Source: Spirochaetia bacterium (GTDB lineage: Bacteria > Spirochaetota > Spirochaetia > DSM-16054 > Sediminispirochaetaceae). Taken from it: a DNA stretch of 64,000 nucleotides. Below the pieces are notes generated by a model that was not told where the DNA came from, did not search any database, and worked only from the letters and a program-made list of their open reading frames with translations. A program made the translations under genes and the position numbers. This document shows, in pieces, positions 33,665-44,657 of this stretch (its first letter is position 1; each line of letters starts with the position of its first letter). The stretch lies in contig JAXHMY010000003.1 of NCBI GenBank assembly GCA_034520965.1, positions 480,001-544,000 of the forward strand, in the 5' to 3' direction.

Positions 33665-33812
33665 AACATATTCCTTTTATTATTTGATGATGTTGTTATT
33701 TATAACATAATGTTTCCATTTTGACAATATTTTTTCTTATAACGCTATAGCGTAAAACTTACGGCAAAATGGGCACATCCAAAAGTTATTGACTAAAAGC
33801 TGCTATGCCGGC

Positions 33813-35114
33813 TTACATCGCGCCTGGTGGGCTGTGAGTCATGGTACTCCGATGACAGTTTTTCAATTTCTTCCCGCTTCCACAGAAACAGGGATCTTCC
33901 AGCGAAAGCTTAAAAGGGGGCAAGCCTTCACCCGTGAAACCCGGCTGGTTGGTACGAAGATTGTGTTGTACACCTCGGGAAAGCTCGTTGAAGGTTGCAA
34001 TAGTCTGGTCAAAAAAATAACGGTGACCGCGGCACAAGTAGCTTACAGCAGCAGGGTCACGACCGCTTACATACCGCAGTTTCGGACAGTCCCCGGAACA
34101 GAGCTGTAGATGTGGACATTCCCCGCACGCATCGTTCCACTTGCTTTTGATAGCACCAAAGCGATGATACAGGGGAGAACCGCTAAAGTGTTCCCACCCC
34201 TCTTCCATGATATTTCCAAGCCGCCACTCCGGCTCTACAAAAAAATCACAAGGATATACGTTGCCGTTGTGTTCTAGCACAAAGTACTGGTCGCATTTTC
34301 CGCGCATGGTGCAGCTGGAGTACTCCCCTGCTGCAAGAAAATTAACAATGTTATCGAAGTTGCGAATACTTACTCTGCGTACCTTACGCGGATACCAGGC
34401 ATGAAACAGATCTACCAGAAACTTGCCCCATGCTTCGGGGCCGACGGTATACTCAAGAGGGGATCCATCCGCATCAAACTCGACGCAGGGAATATACTGC
34501 TGATGGTTAAACTTGTTGCGCATGAAGAAGTCGAACATCACTTGCGCCCGTTCGGCACCGGCGGCAGTCACCATGCTGAGAATATTGAATTCGGCCCCGC
34601 TGCTGCGCAGATGCTCGATTCCGGCCATCACTTTGTCAAATGAGCCGTGCCCGACTGCATCGAGCCGGTACTCGTTATGGATATCCTCCGGGCCATCCAG
34701 GCTGACTCCGACCAGTATACGGTTATGGGCAATGAACTCCGCCCACTCACGGTTAATAAGAGTTCCGTTAGTCTGAATTGTGTTGGTTACCCTGCTTCCT
34801 CGAGGAGCATAGCGGCGTTGAAGCTCAATAGCGCGCTTAAAAAATTCCAGCCCCATTAGAGTCGGTTCGCCCCCCTGCCAGTTGAACACATATGCAGGCT
34901 GTGCAGTGCTCATATACCCCCGTACCAGCTGCTCCAGCACCTCATCGCTCATGCGGTGGGCCGTCTCCGCTCCGAATAGTTGCAGCTTCGGCAGGTAAAA
35001 GCAGTACCGGCAGCGCAGGTTACAATCCGGCCCGGCAGGTTTGATCAGCAGTGAAAAGGGCTTGGCTGTCGGCATGCCGCCTCGGGCCGCAGCTTTTGAT
35101 TTGTTGCTCTTCAT
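33813..35114 (-). CDS. Anaerobic sulfatase maturase-like radical SAM/SPASM enzyme with C-terminal SEC-C motif
   Basis: KPAGPDCNLRCRYCFY, WQGGEPTL, QTNGTL, YPCDFFV, SPASM cysteines, DPCFCGSGKKLKNCH. Confidence 0.9.
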   Translation of the reverse strand: MKSNKSKAAARGGMPTAKPFSLLIKPAGPDCNLRCRYCFYLPKLQLFGAETAHRMSDEVLEQLVRGYMSTAQPAYVFNWQGGEPTLMGLEFFKRAIELQRRYAPRGSRVTNTIQTNGTLINREWAEFIAHNRILVGVSLDGPEDIHNEYRLDAVGHGSFDKVMAGIEHLRSSGAEFNILSMVTAAGAERAQVMFDFFMRNKFNHQQYIPCVEFDADGSPLEYTVGPEAWGKFLVDLFHAWYPRKVRRVSIRNFDNIVNFLAAGEYSSCTMRGKCDQYFVLEHNGNVYPCDFFVEPEWRLGNIMEEGWEHFSGSPLYHRFGAIKSKWNDACGECPHLQLCSGDCPKLRYVSGRDPAAVSYLCRGHRYFFDQTIATFNELSRGVQHNLRTNQPGFTGEGLPPFKLSLEDPCFCGSGKKLKNCHRSTMTHSPPGAM

Positions 35115-35205
35115 GTAGTAAACTTTATCACACCCTGCGACAGCGAGTCAGGCCGCCGGGGTAGTCCTGCCGGCGCAGCCGATCAACGCGCATCGCAAGG
35201 AGCCC

Positions 35206-36720
35206 TCACCTTCTGTCCGCCGATCGCCGGCCCTGCAGCTCGTACTTCCACTCGTAGCGCAGCGCCTTCAGCAGGCTGAAGACCATAAACACCATCACCA
35301 CAGTAAAGGGCAGAGCCGCCACAATCGCCATCCGCTGCAGCGCCTCCAGGCCTCCGGACATCAGCAGTATTACCGCTGCCATGGACTGGAGAATACCCCA
35401 GGTCAGCTTTTTCGACATAGGAGGGTTCAAGTCGCCGTTGCTGGTCATCATCCCCAGCACAAAAGTAGCCGAGTCGGCGGAGGTCACAAAAAACACGCTC
35501 AGCAACAGCACCGCAATCAGGCTCAACACACTTCCCAGGGGCAGATACGAGAACATCTCAAACAGCACCGTAGTCACATCCGATACCGCCGAGGCAGCCA
35601 AATCGACCCCCTGGTTCAGCTGCAGGTCCAGGCCGGTTGCCCCAAATACGGCAAACCACAGAAAAGTCAGCAGAGTCGGCACCAGCAGCGCCCCCGAAAT
35701 AAACTCGCGGATCGTCCGGCCCCGGGATATACTGGCCACAAACAGTCCCACAAAGGGTGACCAGGAGATCCACCAGGCCCAGTAAAACAGGGTCCAGTTT
35801 TTGGTCCACTCGTAACCTTCGAAGGGGTTGGTGGTCAAGCTTAAATTGACAAACTCCGATACATACTCGCCCACCGTAGCGGTGAACACATTTAGGATGT
35901 AAGAGGTAGGTCCCACTACAAACACAAAAGCCAGCAGCAGAATCGCTATCAGCACGTTGGTCTTACTTAAAATCTGTATTCCCGTATCCAAGCCGGTCAT
36001 GCTTGATATCATATACAACACCGTTACTACACCGATAATGATAAAAGTCATCGTATCGTTAGTCGGCAGCCCGAACACCGCGTTCAGCCCGCCATTGATC
36101 TGCAGAGCGCCCAGACCCAGGGAGGTCACAATACCAAAAACCGTGGCAAACACCGCCAGCACATCGATCAGCCGGCCGATACCGCCGAACACCCGGTCGC
36201 CCAGCAGGGGATAAAAGGTATTCGAAATCAGAGGAGCCATCCCCCGCCGAAAAGAAAAATAGGCAATCGACAAACTCATCACAATATAAATTGCCCAGGG
36301 CTGAATACCCCAATGAAAAAAGCTGCGCAGCATCGCAAAGCGGGCTGCCGTGCCGCTGCCCCCCTCAATATACGCCGGAGGGTTGGCAAAGTGGCTCAGA
36401 GGCTCGGACACCCCCCAGAAAATAAGCCCGATGCCCATTCCGGCGGCAAAGAGCATACTGAACCACGAGAAATAGCTGTACTGGGGCTTCTCATTGTCTC
36501 TGCCCAGCTTTATCCGCCCGTACTTGCTAAAGGCCAGATAAATACTAAACACCACAAAGCCAAAAGCCGCTAACAAATATGCCCAGCCAAAATGCTCAAT
36601 AATCGCCCCGTGCAGGGCGGCACTCACCTTGTCCAGCTGCTCAGGAACCACAATCCCGAGCCCCACAAAGGACAGCACCAGCACCAGGGAAGTCACAAAA
36701 ACCGTTGTACCCTTTCTCAT
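35206..36720 (-). CDS. BCCT-family (betaine/carnitine/choline) transporter
   Basis: SWFSMLFAAGMGIGLIFWGVSEP, FFHWG, WTLFYWAWWISWSPFVGLFVASISRGRTIREF, FFVTSADS. Confidence 0.95.
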   Translation of the reverse strand: MRKGTTVFVTSLVLVLSFVGLGIVVPEQLDKVSAALHGAIIEHFGWAYLLAAFGFVVFSIYLAFSKYGRIKLGRDNEKPQYSYFSWFSMLFAAGMGIGLIFWGVSEPLSHFANPPAYIEGGSGTAARFAMLRSFFHWGIQPWAIYIVMSLSIAYFSFRRGMAPLISNTFYPLLGDRVFGGIGRLIDVLAVFATVFGIVTSLGLGALQINGGLNAVFGLPTNDTMTFIIIGVVTVLYMISSMTGLDTGIQILSKTNVLIAILLLAFVFVVGPTSYILNVFTATVGEYVSEFVNLSLTTNPFEGYEWTKNWTLFYWAWWISWSPFVGLFVASISRGRTIREFISGALLVPTLLTFLWFAVFGATGLDLQLNQGVDLAASAVSDVTTVLFEMFSYLPLGSVLSLIAVLLLSVFFVTSADSATFVLGMMTSNGDLNPPMSKKLTWGILQSMAAVILLMSGGLEALQRMAIVAALPFTVVMVFMVFSLLKALRYEWKYELQGRRSADRR

Positions 36721-37580
36721 GCCTGCCCCCCTTGGTCGCCTAACCCGCGACCACTGCCACCCGGACTACCCGGTCCTAGGTCCCGCGGAATAATCAACAC
36801 CGAGCAGGGGGCGTTGTAGCTCACCTCTTCGGCGGTCGAGCCCAGCACCGGCCCCATCCCGCTGGTCGAATCCGCCTTACCCAGCAGCACCACGTCCGCC
36901 GGCAGCCGCCGGGCAATCCGCACAATCTGCCGCCGCGGCGATCCAAGCAGCGAAATTTGCCGGCTCTCCTGTTCCCCCAAACCGCACTGCCTGCGGGTTT
37001 CCTCCAGCTGCTCCTCCACCCGGTCACGGCGCTGCTGCTCCACTACCGGGTCGGGAGCCCGCTTACCCACATACAGAAACACCACCTCGTCCGGCTGAAA
37101 CTCTTTGCTGCGAATATACTCCACAATAATATCGTCTTTCCATTGCAGAGAAGTCGGATACAACACCCTGTACACCCTATCCGACTCGGCCCGCCGGCTC
37201 CCCTTATGGGCAAACACCGGCACATCGCTCTGCCGAATTACATCCTTCACCGTACTGCCCATAATCGCCCGCTTCAGCCAGTTTTTCCGCCGAAAGGCAA
37301 AGCTTATGTACTGCACCCCGAACTCCTCGGCCGCATGCACAATTTCCATCTGCACCGACCCCGGCCGCACCGCCGTCTCGGTCGCAAACCCCAGCCCCTG
37401 CAGCAGCTCCGCCGCCTCGCCCAGCCGCCTGCGATGATGCTCCCCCGCCGTCCGGGTAGCCGCCCCCACATGCAGCAGCACCGCCTGTTCCGTACCAAGG
37501 GTCTTCAAAAACTCGGCCATCTCGCTTAATCGCTCTTTTGACTCATGCAAATGCAGAGGAATCAGTACTTTCTTCAGCAT
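36717..37580 (-). CDS. Tandem-domain universal stress protein
   Basis: MLKKVLIP, IMGSTVKDVIRQSDVPV, VLGSTAEEVSYNAPCSVLII; ATGA overlap with the BCCT gene. Confidence 0.85.
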   Translation of the reverse strand: MLKKVLIPLHLHESKERLSEMAEFLKTLGTEQAVLLHVGAATRTAGEHHRRRLGEAAELLQGLGFATETAVRPGSVQMEIVHAAEEFGVQYISFAFRRKNWLKRAIMGSTVKDVIRQSDVPVFAHKGSRRAESDRVYRVLYPTSLQWKDDIIVEYIRSKEFQPDEVVFLYVGKRAPDPVVEQQRRDRVEEQLEETRRQCGLGEQESRQISLLGSPRRQIVRIARRLPADVVLLGKADSTSGMGPVLGSTAEEVSYNAPCSVLIIPRDLGPGSPGGSGRGLGDQGGQA

Positions 37581-37699
37581 GGAGCCTCCCAAATTTATAA
37601 AAAAATGCTCGTCCCGTAGACGGCTCAAAAGCCGGGCAGCCCGACGCCTCCGCCGGTAGTCACTTGTCTACCCACGGGTCGGCGCGGAGAAACACTCTA

Positions 37700-38473
37700 T
37701 TACCGGTCGTCCTTTACATTCAGTACCACCGGACAGTGGTCTGAACCCATCACCTCCAAGCGAATCTCCGAGCTTACAATGCGGTTGGAAAAGCCCTGGT
37801 TCACGCAAAAGTAATCCAGCCTCCAGCCCACATTCCTCTCGCGCCCGCGGGTACGGTAGGACCACCAGGTGTAGTTACCCCCCTCCGAGTTAAACATGCG
37901 AAAGGTATCGGTGTAGCCCGCCTCCAAAAAGCTGCTCATCCAGGCCCGCTCCTCTGGCAGATAACCGGGATTCCCCTCGTTCTGCTTAGGCCGTGCCAGG
38001 TCAATCGGTTTGTGGGCAATGTTGTAGTCTCCGCACACCACCACGTTCTTTCCCTCCTGCACCAGGGAGTTACACAACTGCAGCACCGAATCGCAGTAGC
38101 CCAGTTTATACTCCAGTCGCTTCCCCTCACTCTGGCTGTTGGGAAAATAGCCGTTAATCAGCACAAACTCCGGATATTCCAGCACCAAGGCCCGACCCTC
38201 AGCGTCGTATTCCGCCACTCCAAGGGTATTTACCTCCAGGGGCTTGTGGCGTGTATATACCGCCACTCCCGAATATCCGCCCTTCTCCGCCGAGCTAAAA
38301 AAAGAAGTATATCCCCTAGGTGCGGTTAACTCCTCGGACAGCTGCTCGGGCTTGGCCTTGGTCTCCTGCAGACAGACAATATCCGCCCCTTCCTGCTCCA
38401 CATATTCAAGCAAACCCTTTTTCTCGGCCGCCCTAATTCCGTTCACGTTCCACGATACAATTGAAGTACTCAT
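37700..38473 (-). CDS. xth: Exodeoxyribonuclease III
   Basis: SWNVNGIRA, CLQETK, GDYNIAH, YTWWSYR, GWRLDYF, SDHCPV. Confidence 0.96.
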   Translation of the reverse strand: MSTSIVSWNVNGIRAAEKKGLLEYVEQEGADIVCLQETKAKPEQLSEELTAPRGYTSFFSSAEKGGYSGVAVYTRHKPLEVNTLGVAEYDAEGRALVLEYPEFVLINGYFPNSQSEGKRLEYKLGYCDSVLQLCNSLVQEGKNVVVCGDYNIAHKPIDLARPKQNEGNPGYLPEERAWMSSFLEAGYTDTFRMFNSEGGNYTWWSYRTRGRERNVGWRLDYFCVNQGFSNRIVSSEIRLEVMGSDHCPVVLNVKDDR

Positions 38474-38604
38474 AGACCTAAGCGTAGCGAAAAGTTGCAC
38501 GTCGCACAAGACGAAATCCAATCAGAACCACCTCACCGGTGGTGCTTGCCGCCGCCATCCTCAAGCACTATATTAAAACTAACATTTGTGAAGGAGCAGA
38601 CAGC

Positions 38605-39548
38605 ATGCGCATAGCAATAGTCGGCCACGGCGCCCTCGGAACCCTGTACGGACACGCCTTCTCCCGGACAGCCGAACATCAGGTAATTTTCGTCACCAAC
38701 AAAACCAGGGCAGCCCGGTTACGCAGCACCCCTTAGGGCCAACAGAGCAAGTTTCAAGTACCGCATCGAAACGGCTGAGGATACCGCCGGGCCGGCGGAT
38801 ATAGTTATTTTTGCGGTTAAATACCACCACCTGGAGCAGGCGGCAGCCGATGTAAAAGGACATGCCGGCCCCGGGACCATCTTTGTCTCGGTCATGAACG
38901 GCATCGACTCTGAAGATTATATTGCCTCACACTATGGCCGTGACCATGTACTGTACACAGTCGCCCTTGGGATGGATGCCGTCCGCGAAGGCCACAACAC
39001 AAACTACAGCACCACGGGAAAACTGCTCCTGGGCCGAGCCGACACTCCCGCCGCGCACAGCCCCGAGCCCCGGTCTGTTGAGCAGGACCCGGACATCCGT
39101 ACATTCACCGGCCTTTGCGATGCCGCCGGCATCCAGTACGAAATCCAAGAAGACATCCTCCGCAGCCTGTGGTCCAAGTTTATGCTGAATATCGGAATCA
39201 ACCAGGTATCCGCAGTACTCCAAGCCCCCTACAGGCCCTTTCAGCAGCCCTCCCATGCCCAGGAATTAATGATATCAGCCATGCAGGAGGCCATCGAGGT
39301 AGCGCATACGCTCAACATACACCTGTATCCTGAAGATATCGATCAGCTCGATTGCCGTTTCGGCGGCAGACCCTTTCGCCGGAAGGCAAGACGCTGATGT
39401 GTCAGGATATCGAGGCCGGCCGCAAAACCGAAGTGGAGATGTTTGGGGGCAAGCCTGATCGAGCTCGCCGACCGGCTCGGAGTCGAAGTACCGCTAAACC
39501 GCACCCTCGCATCCGCTTATCCAGGCGAAGAGGAGGCGACCGGCATAA
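38605..39548 (+). CDS. panE: Ketopantoate reductase family protein, frameshifted in this sequence
   Basis: MRIAIVGHGALG, ADIVIFAVKY, MNGIDSE, LWSKFMLNIGINQ, KTLMCQDIEAGRKTEVE spread over several frames; end approximate. Confidence 0.75.
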
Positions 39549-39613
39549 TCTGATTTCACTTAATGCTCCCGTTAAAGAATGTTTATTTTTTTCACACGCG
39601 GCGGGCCTTGAGT

Positions 39614-40718
39614 CTATTTGTCGAATGATACAGAAGGACAATTACCTACTCGTCCAGCAGCTTTTTCCAGGAATTGGAGAATCGTTGCCGACCAGAGCGG
39701 CAAAGGCATTCTGCAGTTGGCGCACTTCAGCAGTCGATTTCTTCCAGTAGACAGACCTTCGACCGTTAAAAAGCCGCCGGCAGTTCGATCGCGGCCCCCC
39801 ACATGGTCCGGGTTCAAGGGCAGCTGCTCGATAAGCTCACCTGCATTTTTTCGATTGCCCCCGAGTACTTGAATCGAAAGAATGAGACTATGCTTATAGC
39901 AACCGGTGCACAAGACATCTGACCCTGATCCGGTCGTGCTTCAGAAAAAAGTCGGCCATCTCGGGCGACGATTTCCGGGCGCCAGATAGCAGTAAGATGG
40001 GCAACAATGATATTTCCAAAAACAAAGGCGTTATTCAGGGCATTACCCAGTTGCTGAAAGTAGTAATGCGGCAAATTAGCGTTAATTATTTCAGATAAAG
40101 TTCGAATGCTGGCCCGCACATAGACCGAGAGAATATAGGCCTTGATATCCTCCCGAGCAGCCTCACGGTAGATATCGAGCTTCCGAGGAAATTGCATACG
40201 CCAAAGCCGTAGCGATTTCTGCAGGTATCGTTATCTCGGCCGCTTCTAACCAGCGAATTAGAATCGTAGCAGTGGCACCAATCTCCGGATCAATCACCAC
40301 CAACTTACCCTTCGTGTCCTCTCGACGAGGATGATGATCGATGATTATATCACAGTCCGAATCGGCGGTTAGTACATTATTACCGGCTCCGGGCTGCGAA
40401 TCGACCAGGGCAATACAGTCGTAGCGCTGATAAACTTAATGCGGTTTGTACTCCTTAAAGAGTAATATTCAGTTTCTGTACCATCGCCCGGTTTTCCGCC
40501 CGGCAATAATCCCGCTTATAGGCAATACTGGAGTTTACCCCAAAACACTTCTTCACCAGTAATCTCAGTGCCGCCGCTGAGGCAATGGTATCCGGGTCGG
40601 GATGGGTATGGGTAATAATCAGCAGTTCCCGCCGCCCCTTCCACGACCCTCCTCGCAAACGCTCCAGCAGCTCAGATGCCTCGAGGTTTGTCGCCATCGT
40701 CTTTTTTTGTTCAGCCAT
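39614..40718 (-). CDS. DHH-family phosphoesterase, frameshifted in this sequence
   Basis: LLIITHTHPDPDTIASA, RAENRAMV, DSQPGAGN, IIDHH (ATC GAT CAT CAT near 40330-40345), GATATI across shifted frames; end approximate. Confidence 0.7.
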
Positions 40719-40765
40719 TCTCCTCCTCCTACTGCCGACAGTGTTACAGATCACAGCCTAAAGAG

Positions 40766-41268
40766 TCAAAGCCCAAAACAGCCACACATACGGCAATTCA
40801 CTCCGGCAGCTGCAGCTGGCCTAACGTCCGGCACGTCGGCGAGTCCGATTGATGCCGCGTCGTCATATCCGAGAACTTCTAACCAGCCGCAGTTCCAACC
40901 GCCGTTCGCCCGGAAAGTTCTCATCAGCATTAAGCCGATAAACATTGTCAGCACACCCTGTCCGGGTATAAACAACATCACAAAACCAGCCACCAGCAGC
41001 ATTATTCCTGCTCCATTTTTTAAGACCAGCATCACCAGTCGAATTACAGGATGGCGCTTATAAAAACCGAAGGGCTCCTCGCCTTTTTATACAGAAAATC
41101 AGTCCCTGTGGGAATCGATACGATCAGCACAGGCATCGCCAGAATGGTCCCCACAAACAGCAGCAACGATCCGCCGGCAACGGATGCAAGCATCCCGGTA
41201 TGCTCACTGAAAAGTGCAATTATCCATTGGTAAGGCTGCTCTAACCGGTACATGCCATATTCTAACAT
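40766..41268 (-). CDS. PGPGW-type small membrane protein, frameshifted
   Basis: KNGAGIMLLVAGFVMLFIPGQGVLTMFIGLML plus an N-terminal TM fragment in another frame. Confidence 0.6.
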
Positions 41269-41372
41269 ATTGCATAGACCAACGCATCAACCTGAAAGAA
41301 AAAACAACATGAAGCAATTTTGATTGAAAGTAATAGACTGATGACTGTTGATGCCGCAAACGTATGTACGAG

Positions 41373-41401
41373 TTGACAGATATAACCGGTGTTGCTATGC
41401 T
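41373..41401 (+). promoter_or_regulatory. Putative sigma70 promoter of the MCP gene
   Basis: TTGACA-17bp-TATGCT about 100 bp upstream of the start. Confidence 0.45.
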
Positions 41402-41497
41402 TATGTTCCAATCTTTGCAGCAGCTCACAGAAAAAAATCTTAGGAAATGAGAGTGGCTCAATTACATAGATCGAACCGCTTCACGGGTAGCACCATC

Positions 41498-43353
41498 ATG
41501 AAAATCAGAACGAAAATTTTACTACTGGTTGTTCTCATTATTATTATCACTGTGATATCTTTGATGTTTTTATTTAGAACTGTCGAGGGCTTCCAAAACT
41601 CAATGGTAGAGATCAGCAAAACTCGCCTTATCCGTTCGGAAAAAGAGAAGCTCGAATACCTCACTCTGTCGATTAAATCAGTATCAGCTCAGAATTATTA
41701 AAAGCAACCGGCGACCGGGAAGCCGAAAAGACGGTCCTTGAAAACGTTGCTAAAATAACTGAGTGCGCTAATTACTCCCGTAGGGGCTTCTTTTTTATAT
41801 TAGATAATTCTGGAACCTTTCTTGCCCATGGACAAAATCCGGAATTGAAAGGGACTGATGCCTCAGACTGGGAAGACACCCACGGGACAAACTATATTGA
41901 AGAATTTCATCGCCCAGGGTCGCAAGGGAGGGGGATTGTTGAGTACTATCAGCCGCCCGCCAAAACCGATACTGAAACCGCTGGGTTGAACAAATAGTAA
42001 CCTTCATTGCCCCTCTATCGGATATCGGGGTCATTGGAACCAGTTTTCAAGTACTCAGAAATGCTCTCTGGCATGGAAGAACTGGAGAAAAAATTGAGCA
42101 AAACAGTGCCAGGATCAAACAATTCATTTACTTCTTAATACTTATCTTAAGCCTCTCATCAATAATAATCTCAACCCTGCTTGCCCATCGCATCACCAAA
42201 CCGATCAATCTTATTACTCGACGGCTGAAAGAAATTGCCGAGGAAGAGGCGGACCTTACTCAAAGTATACAAAGCAGCGCAAAAGATGAAACCCGCGCAA
42301 TGGTTACCTACTATAATCATTTCTTATCGGCCTTAAGAACTATTATTTCTCATATAAAATTAACAGTTGGTGAGTTCAGTGAGCTCACCAACAACATAGA
42401 AGCCACGGCCATGAAACCGCCGCCGCTACCCATCAGATTTACATTAACGTCACCCACCTTAACAAGCAAATCGACAATGCCCATAGCCGGGCGACGGAAG
42501 CAGTACAAGAGATTCACGGGGTAAATAAGGAGTATGCCGGCCTACAGGAAATAGTAGAGAACCTGATGAATTCCGCCTCGGAAGCCCGACAAATATCCGA
42601 CCGCACATCAAACCGAATGGCAAAACTCTCCCAGGACACCTTTAACCAACAGAACACGGTGTCTCAACTTCGTGAGGCTGCGTCTACCGGCGAGAACCTG
42701 GCCTTTCAGGTACAGGAACGGACCGACACAATCAACCAACGTGCTGGAACTATATTAGAAGTGGTAGAGATCATTAAAGATATCGCCCAACTAACCGACC
42801 GACTTTCGATGAACGCCTTGATACAGGCAGCTCATGCAGGAGAACAGGGTTGTGGCTTTTCAGTCGTGGCGGGGGAGATAAAGAAAACTCTCGGACATGC
42901 CGACGAAAAGTACGGGTCGAATCGAAAATGAAATCCTTGCAATAATCGAACACATCAAAGACACCGATACCGCCTCTAAAAGTAACTGGGAACACTTTAA
43001 GCAAATTGCCTCCACTATCAGCGAAGTCGAAGCGTTCCTTAGACAACTCCTGGATGCACTCCAACAGCTTGATTCGGAGAGTGATACTATTACTAATTTC
43101 GCTGCCACCATCGAAACTCAGTCTTCCGCTCTGAACGAGCTTGAGCGGGCACACCGCTGAGAGTATGCAGAAACTCATCAGCGGACACAAGCAACTGCGA
43201 GAAATGATAGAAACAATCCATTCAGGCACAGACGAAATTGAACGCGGAAATAAAGAGGTTTCAGACGGCAGCACGGATCTGTCCTACATGATCCAAAAAT
43301 CAGTAGAACAGCTTCACCGACTTTCCGAGGAAATAGAGCGGTTTAAAGTATAA
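41498..43353 (+). CDS. Methyl-accepting chemotaxis protein (TM, Cache-like, HAMP, MCP signal), heavily frameshifted
   Basis: MKIRTKILL plus TM; HRITKPI..LKEIAEEEADLT HAMP; IKDIAQLTDRLSMNALIQAAHAGEQGCGFSVVAGEIKK; C-terminal EIERFKV. Confidence 0.75.
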
Positions 43354-44655
43354 AGACTGTCCCGAAGCTTATTGATTTTATCGGCGCTTATCATTGTAGA
43401 CATAATTAGCATAAAGGCTTCTTTCAACTATATGCATATTTTGGTAGATACTCCCTTCCCTTTTTGAGGGGAGTACGATACAGGCGAAACCATAAGCCCC
43501 TCTCCCCGGGAGTAAGGTCCAGAAATGTGACAAAGGGTCGCCACACAAAGCGGCTCTCAAGCATCGGGGCTACGAGATTACCGTTCACACCGGCCAGATT
43601 CCAGTGCCACTTCCCGTCTCGGGCGGTTCTCCCGGTAGGGCTTGATGCAATTATGGTGGAGCCGATACACACACAGCCGCTCCAGAAGGTTGCTTGCATT
43701 TCTGGCTCGTATTCACCGTGTAGCGCATAATTGACAGTATCCTTTCGAAATTGCCTATCCATATAGTTAACAGCAAACAATTTATTCACCCGCCCCGGCT
43801 GTTTAGTCCCCTTTGCCGCATCGTGGATGATACACCCCTGCCGTACAGCAGGCTGAGCAAAGGCCTTGTGCCGGCGAAAAGCCCGCGGGTAGGCCTGGTG
43901 ATCATCGGTATACACCTTGAGAACTGTTTTATGCCGTCCTGCAAACAGATGCAAAAATCTCCTCGGCGAGCGCTGGCCATCGACTTTTCGATCCCCTTCG
44001 GATCAGGGCGACACACACGGTCAAAAAACTGCCGAACCGCTTTGGGTGGGGCTCATACGCCCCTTTTGACGCAGGGTGGTAAAGTCCATTGCATAGAAGT
44101 ACTGGGTTTCCTTACCGATTAAGAATATTCAGGTGGTGGGGGAAAATACCGGCCGCTGCAGGTAGCCCTCAAAACCATCTGCCACCAGGTCCTCCTTAAG
44201 GTGCATATGCTGACGGCTTAGGGCATGAAAGCCAAGGGCCCAGTGGGCCATGCGGAAGAGCCCGGTTTTCGGCCGAGCCGCGGGAGATTTCCAGATTGCG
44301 GGATAAATCGCGAATCCCGGCGGTGGACCTGAGCTGTCGGAAGATCTGCTCGTAGGATATAACTCTCTTCGCGTAATAGTTTAAGCTGAAGGTCTGATCG
44401 CTGAAGGTACGCTTACAGGCCAAGCATTGGTAGCGTTGAACTTTCCCAAAAGCCTCTGTACAATGGTGTCCATAACACCTATACCAATGACGGTGCTTAC
44501 CTTCAAAATGCTGAGAGCACTCCTTATAAGGACAAAATGGCGGTGTGATCATTCGCTTTCCCCTCCTCTTTGGTGGTTCTACCTATATAGAGGGGAAAAA
44601 AAGAGGCTCTGCTTCAACTCTGGTGTAAAAAAATCAATAAGCTTCGGTACAGTCT
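43354..44655 (-). mobile_element. Insertion sequence, 1302 bp, IS1-like Zn-finger/HTH/DDE transposase (frameshifted, about 43424-44552) with 26-bp terminal inverted repeats
   Basis: IRs AGACTGTCCCGAAGCTTATTGATTTT (43354-43379) and its reverse complement with 1 mismatch (44630-44655); PPFCPYKEC...QRYQCLACKRTFS, GIRDLSRNLEIS HTH, VYTDDHQAY. Confidence 0.8.
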
Positions 44656-44657
44656 AA

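Noticed and set aside
33665..33812. Lysine or other riboswitch upstream of the NhaC-family gene
   Set aside because: The region is short and AT-rich and lacks the conserved motifs
38605..43353. Programmed frameshifting or genetic-code reassignment as the cause of broken ORFs
   Set aside because: Breaks are multiple frame changes without consistent slippery sites or in-frame stop read-through, and the rest of the window uses all three stop codons normally
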